From: Paracoccaceae bacterium
GTDB lineage: Bacteria; Pseudomonadota; Alphaproteobacteria; Rhodobacterales; Rhodobacteraceae
Assembly: GCA_040904645.1 (NCBI GenBank)
Contig: JBBDTD010000044.1
Location: 1 to 55,124, forward strand
Reading direction: 5' to 3'
DNA length: 55,124 nucleotides
Part shown: positions 50,822 to 55,124 of the stretch, piece by piece
Numbering within the stretch: position 1 is the first letter of the stretch
How the letters are laid out: every line of letters starts with the position of its first letter
Translations under genes and position numbers: made by a program
The notes under the pieces: model-generated
What the model saw: only the letters and a program-made list of their open reading frames with translations
Told to the model about the DNA's origin: nothing
Databases searched by the model: none

Positions 50822-52528
50822 ATGGACAACGGACCGGGGCTGAAGCCGACGGGCGGCCTCGCTCATGTGAAGGGCGAGATCACGCGGCCGCTGATCGAAA
50901 CGACCGTGCCTGCCTTCCTCGCCGAAGTCGTGCGCCGGCATGGCGCCCGCCGCGCCGTGGTTTTTCGCGCCGAGGGCGTGGAGTGGACTTACCGCGAATT
51001 CGCGGCTGAGGTGGACCGTCTGGCGGCGGGGCTGCTGGCGCTCGGGCTCTATAAGGGTGAGAGGGTCGGAATCTGGTCCCCCAACCGGTCCGAATGGTTG
51101 CTGGCGCAGTTCGCGACGGCGCGCATCGGCGCAATTCTCGTCAACATCAACCCGGCCTATCGGGCGTCCGAGCTTGAATACGCGCTGAACAAGGCTGGCG
51201 TGAAGGCGCTTCTGGTCGCGCCTTCCTTCCGGGGCGCCGACTACATGGCGATGATCGCCGAACTGGCGCCGGAAATGGGATCGGCGCGGCCGGGCCATCT
51301 CAACGCCGCGCGGCTGTATTCGCTTCGCGCCGTGATCCAGCTCGGGCCTGACCCCGCTCCCGGCGCGCTTTCGTTTGAAGAGGTGATGGCGAAAGGCGGC
51401 GCCTCCGGCCGCGCACGGCTCGATTCGATCAGCGCTTCGCTGAAGCCTGACGATCCAATCAATATCCAGTTCACATCCGGCACAACCGGCGCGCCCAAGG
51501 GCGCGACGCTGACGCACCGGAACATCGTCAATAATGGCGTCTCTGTCGCCCGCGCGATGCGGCTTCGGCCGGGGGAGGCGCTTTGCATCCCGGTGCCGTT
51601 CTATCATTGCTTCGGCATGGTGCTCGGCAATCTCGCGGCCTGCGCCTATGGCGTGACGATGGTCTTCCCCGGCGAGGGGTTCGAGCCCTTGGCGACGCTG
51701 GAGGCGGTGGAGGCGGAGCGATGCAACGGCCTGCATGGCGTGCCGACGATGTTCTCCGCCATGCTGGACCATCCGGAATTTTCGCGCTTCGATCTGCGCT
51801 CGCTCCGCACCGGCATCATGGCGGGCGCGCCTTGCCCCGAGCCACTGATGCGCCGTGTGACGGAGAAGATGCACCTGCGCGAGATCACCATCGCCTATGG
51901 CATGACGGAGACCAGCCCGGTTTCCTTCCAGTCCGCCGTTGACGATCCGCTGGCGCGGCGCGTCTCCACCGTCGGGCGCATCCAGCCGCATGTCGAATGC
52001 AAGGTGGTGGGCGAGGGCGGGGCGACCCTGCCGGTCGGCGAAAAGGGTGAGCTGCTGACCCGCGGCTATCTGGTGATGAAGGGCTATTGGGGCGACGAGG
52101 AGCGCACGGCGGAGGCGATCCGTGATGGCTGGATGCATACCGGCGATCTCGCGGTCATCGACGCAGACGGGTATTGCCGGATTGTCGGTCGCATCAAGGA
52201 CATGCTGATCCGCGGTGGCGAGAACGTCTATCCGGTGGAGGTCGAGGATTTCCTGATGGGCCATCCCGACATCGCGCAGGCGCAGGTATTTGGCTTGCCT
52301 GATCCGCGGCTTGGCGAAGAGGTCGCCGCCTGGCTCATCCTGCGCGCCGGTGCGAAGCTGGACGCGGAAGAGCTGCGCGCCTGGTGCAAGGGCAAGATCG
52401 CCGGCTACAAGATCCCCCGGCATGTTCGCATGGTCGCTGAGCTGCCGCTGACCGCCACCGGCAAGCCGCAAAAATTCCGCATGCAGGAAGCGATGATGAA
52501 GGAACTCGGGCTCACGCTGCCCGATTGA
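50822..52528 (+). CDS. AMP-binding acyl-CoA synthetase
   Basis: QFTSGTTGAPKG, YGMTET, HTGD, GRIKDMLIRGGEN, TGKPQK. Confidence 0.93.
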   Translation: MDNGPGLKPTGGLAHVKGEITRPLIETTVPAFLAEVVRRHGARRAVVFRAEGVEWTYREFAAEVDRLAAGLLALGLYKGERVGIWSPNRSEWLLAQFATARIGAILVNINPAYRASELEYALNKAGVKALLVAPSFRGADYMAMIAELAPEMGSARPGHLNAARLYSLRAVIQLGPDPAPGALSFEEVMAKGGASGRARLDSISASLKPDDPINIQFTSGTTGAPKGATLTHRNIVNNGVSVARAMRLRPGEALCIPVPFYHCFGMVLGNLAACAYGVTMVFPGEGFEPLATLEAVEAERCNGLHGVPTMFSAMLDHPEFSRFDLRSLRTGIMAGAPCPEPLMRRVTEKMHLREITIAYGMTETSPVSFQSAVDDPLARRVSTVGRIQPHVECKVVGEGGATLPVGEKGELLTRGYLVMKGYWGDEERTAEAIRDGWMHTGDLAVIDADGYCRIVGRIKDMLIRGGENVYPVEVEDFLMGHPDIAQAQVFGLPDPRLGEEVAAWLILRAGAKLDAEELRAWCKGKIAGYKIPRHVRMVAELPLTATGKPQKFRMQEAMMKELGLTLPD

Positions 52529-52538
52529 GGGAGGTTCA

Positions 52539-52835
52539 ATGCAAACGCTCACAGCGATCATCCGCGTCAGGGCCGGCCATGAGGATGAGGTGCGCGCAGC
52601 GCTGATCAAGGTCGGCGAGTATGTGCGCGCGAACGAGCCGGAGACGCTCGGCTACACCGTCGCGCAGGATCCTGACGATCCGCTGCTTTTCACCACCTTT
52701 GAGCAGTTCACTGACGAGGCGGCGATGGACCGCCACAATAATGGCCCCGGTTCGACGGCGTTTTTCGCTGTCGCCGGGCCGCTTCTCGACGGGCCGGCGA
52801 CCGTGGTGACGGCGAAGCAGATCTTCAGCCGCTAA
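52539..52835 (+). CDS. ABM-domain (putative quinol monooxygenase) protein
   Basis: EPETLGY...FEQFTDEAAMDRH; GGAGG RBS. Confidence 0.82.
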   Translation: MQTLTAIIRVRAGHEDEVRAALIKVGEYVRANEPETLGYTVAQDPDDPLLFTTFEQFTDEAAMDRHNNGPGSTAFFAVAGPLLDGPATVVTAKQIFSR

Positions 52836-53593
52836 AGCTGAACGCCTTTGGTCAGGGCGCCGTCGATCACCAGGTTGGCGCCGGTGGTGAAGCTCGACGC
52901 CGGGCTCGCGAGAAAGACCACGCCGCGCGCGATCTCTTCCGGTGTCGCCATCCGCCCCATCGGGTTGAGGTCGAGCGCGGTCTTGAAGAGTTCGGGGTTG
53001 CCCGTCTCGATCTGGCTCCAGATGCCGGCGTCGAAATAGGTGTTGCCGGGGGAGACAGTGTTGGCGCGGATCTTCGCCCCGGCCAGCTTGCAGGCCAGAC
53101 CTTGCGCGTAGTGCACCAGCGCCGCCTTGAACGCGCCGTAAGCCGGACCGGTGAAATCGATCTCCCGCCCCGAAACCGATGAAACGAGCGTGATCGACGC
53201 GGCCGGTGATTTCCGCAGGAACGGCAGCGCGGCGTTCACCAGGCGGACGGAGTGCATCATGTCGGTGTTGAAGCCGACCTCCCACGCCGCCTCATCATCG
53301 CCGACCGCGAGGGCGGAGACATTGCCGACCACGATGTCGAGCCCGCCGAGCGCAGCCCCGGCGTCTGCGATGAAGCCTTCGAGCGCGGCCTTGTCGCTGA
53401 CATCGACTGCGGCGGCGTGAACTTTCGCTCCCCTGGCCCGCAAGGCTTCGGCCGTGGCCGCAACCCCGGCTTCACCGCGCGCGCAGATCGCGACATCCGC
53501 GCCCTCCGCCGCGAAAATCTCCGCGCAGGCGCGCCCGATGCCCTTGGAGCCGCCGGTGACCAACGCGCGCAGTCCTTTGAGACCCAGATCCAT
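52832..53593 (-). CDS. Short-chain dehydrogenase/reductase
   Basis: TGGSKGIG, YGAFK, ANTVSPG. Confidence 0.92.
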   Translation of the reverse strand: MDLGLKGLRALVTGGSKGIGRACAEIFAAEGADVAICARGEAGVAATAEALRARGAKVHAAAVDVSDKAALEGFIADAGAALGGLDIVVGNVSALAVGDDEAAWEVGFNTDMMHSVRLVNAALPFLRKSPAASITLVSSVSGREIDFTGPAYGAFKAALVHYAQGLACKLAGAKIRANTVSPGNTYFDAGIWSQIETGNPELFKTALDLNPMGRMATPEEIARGVVFLASPASSFTTGANLVIDGALTKGVQL

Positions 53594-53698
53594 GTTCCAT
53601 TCCTTCAGCCGGGGCGGATTTCGTTCAGTGAGGCGTCAGACGCGAATACCGGGGCGATCATGTCCGGCGTCAGGCAGGCTGGCAAGATGAGACGCCGC

Positions 53699-54556
53699 TC
53701 AGCCTTCGCCTCGCAGCGCTTTCGCAAAGGCGGCCGCCTCCGCGAGGGCGGCGAGATCGAGGCCAGTCTCGAAGCCCCGTTCCGCCAGAAGCGCCGCCAC
53801 CGCCTCGGTCGCTACATTTCCGGCGGCGCCCGGCGCATAGGGGCAACCGCCGAGACCGCCGACCGCCGCGTCAAACGTGCGAAGGCCGAAATCAAGGCTG
53901 ACGGCGATGTTTTCAAGCGCCCGCCCGCCGGTGTCATGGTAATGCCCCGCAAGCTTTTCGGGCGGTGCGATGGAAAGCGCGGCCTTCAGCATCGCCGCGA
54001 TCGTCTCCGGCTCGCCCCTGCCGATCGTGTCACCCAGCGAAACCTCATAGGCGCCGAGCGCGAGCATCGCCTCCAGCGCCTCGGCGACGGCGGCGGGCGG
54101 GGTCGGCCCGTCGAAGGGGCAGTCGGTGACGCAACTCACATAGCCGCGCATCGGCATGCCGTCTTTCAACGCCGCCTCGGCCACCGGGCGGAACATTTCC
54201 AGCGCGTCGGCCTTGTTCATGTTGAGATTGGAGCGCGAGAACCCCTCCGAGGCGGAGCCGAAGATCGCCACCTCGTCCACGCCGGCGGCGCGCGCGCGCT
54301 CATAGCCCTTCAGGTTAGGCGTCAACGCAGTGTAGCGCGCGCCCGGCCGCCGTGCGATCCCGGCCAGAACCTCCGCGCCATCGGCCATCTGCGGCACCCA
54401 TCTCGGCGAGACGAAGCTCGCCGTTTCGATTTTGGCGAAGCCGGCGGCGGAGAGGAGGTCGACGAGGCGGATCTTGTCGGCCGCCGGGATTGGCCGCCCC
54501 TCGTTCTGGAGCCCGTCGCGCGGGCCCATCTCGAAAATGAGGGCGGCTTCACCCAT
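53699..54556 (-). CDS. hmgL: Hydroxymethylglutaryl-CoA lyase
   Basis: EMGPRDGLQNE, LGDTIG, HYHDT, GLGGCPYAPGA. Confidence 0.95.
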   Translation of the reverse strand: MGEAALIFEMGPRDGLQNEGRPIPAADKIRLVDLLSAAGFAKIETASFVSPRWVPQMADGAEVLAGIARRPGARYTALTPNLKGYERARAAGVDEVAIFGSASEGFSRSNLNMNKADALEMFRPVAEAALKDGMPMRGYVSCVTDCPFDGPTPPAAVAEALEAMLALGAYEVSLGDTIGRGEPETIAAMLKAALSIAPPEKLAGHYHDTGGRALENIAVSLDFGLRTFDAAVGGLGGCPYAPGAAGNVATEAVAALLAERGFETGLDLAALAEAAAFAKALRGEG

Positions 54557-55124
54557 CTTCCGGCTCCAGCGTGATCAGAATCGCGCCTTCCTCGACCTGA
54601 TCCCCGGCGGCGGCGTTGACGGCGGCGATCACCCCGCCGCGCGGGGCTTTCAGCGTGTGCTCCATCTTCATCGCTTCGAGGACGCAGAGCGGCGCGCCCT
54701 GCTCCACTGTATCGCCCGGTTTCGCGGCGACGGATTTCACCAGACCTGGCATCGGCGAAAGCACCATGTCGCCGCCCGCGCCTGAATCTCCGCCTGCGGC
54801 TAGCGGATCGGGAATTGCGAACTCATGGGCCGCGCCGTCCATGAACACCGTAACCTTGCCGCCGCGCCGCACGACGCGGGCGGTGAAGATGCGCGCGCTG
54901 TCATCGACGCGGAGCGCGCCATCCTCCGCGCGAAGCCGGAGCGTGATCGTCTCACCAGCCGCGGTCACGGTGAACCGATCGCCGTTGGCCTCCACTTCGG
55001 CGAGATGCTCGCCGATGCGGGTCAGGGCGCGCGCCGGACCCCAGATGCGAAATCCGTCCCGCCGGTCCCAGCCGGCGCCGCCTTTCGCGGGCTTCTTTCC
55101 CTTGGATTTCGCCATCTGGCGCGC
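54549..55124 (-). CDS. Biotinylated carboxylase subunit, probably methylcrotonyl-CoA carboxylase alpha (5'-partial)
   Basis: SPMPG...LEAMKME biotinyl domain; overlaps hmgL; runs off the window edge. Confidence 0.85.
   Translation of the reverse strand, partial: ARQMAKSKGKKPAKGGAGWDRRDGFRIWGPARALTRIGEHLAEVEANGDRFTVTAAGETITLRLRAEDGALRVDDSARIFTARVVRRGGKVTVFMDGAAHEFAIPDPLAAGGDSGAGGDMVLSPMPGLVKSVAAKPGDTVEQGAPLCVLEAMKMEHTLKAPRGGVIAAVNAAAGDQVEEGAILITLEPEDG

Overview
GC-rich chromosomal window that reads as alphaproteobacterial, most likely Rhodobacterales (inferred from the ctaC-ctaB-orf-ctaG-ctaE-surf1 order without ctaD and from protein sequence style). Most of it is housekeeping: tRNA-Thr(GGT), ygfZ, the aa3 oxidase operon, tldD, carA, rimO, rpoZ, nudC, parC, radC, rlmN, and the leucine-catabolism genes for HMG-CoA lyase and a biotinylated carboxylase subunit. 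I saw no CRISPR array, integrase, transposase or prophage. Five things stand out. (1) An operon with a sigma54-like promoter starts with a flotillin, continues with an Urt/Liv-type ABC importer whose second ATPase is fused in-frame to an amidase-signature amidase (with a possible internal start), and ends with an acyl-CoA ligase and an ABM protein. (2) At the left edge, the tail of an alpha-dioxygenase-like heme peroxidase is followed by a shrunken P450-like protein and a membrane protein, a possible bacterial oxylipin module. (3) An intact eCIS-type contractile sheath gene stands alone. (4) A candidate multi-hairpin sRNA has repeated C(C/U)CCACA motifs. (5) A MshEN-GT2 glycosyltransferase sits behind a TTAA-N7-TTAA CtrA-type box. 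Two pseudogenes flank an OmpA-family gene. All family calls come from motif recognition by eye; no database searches were run.
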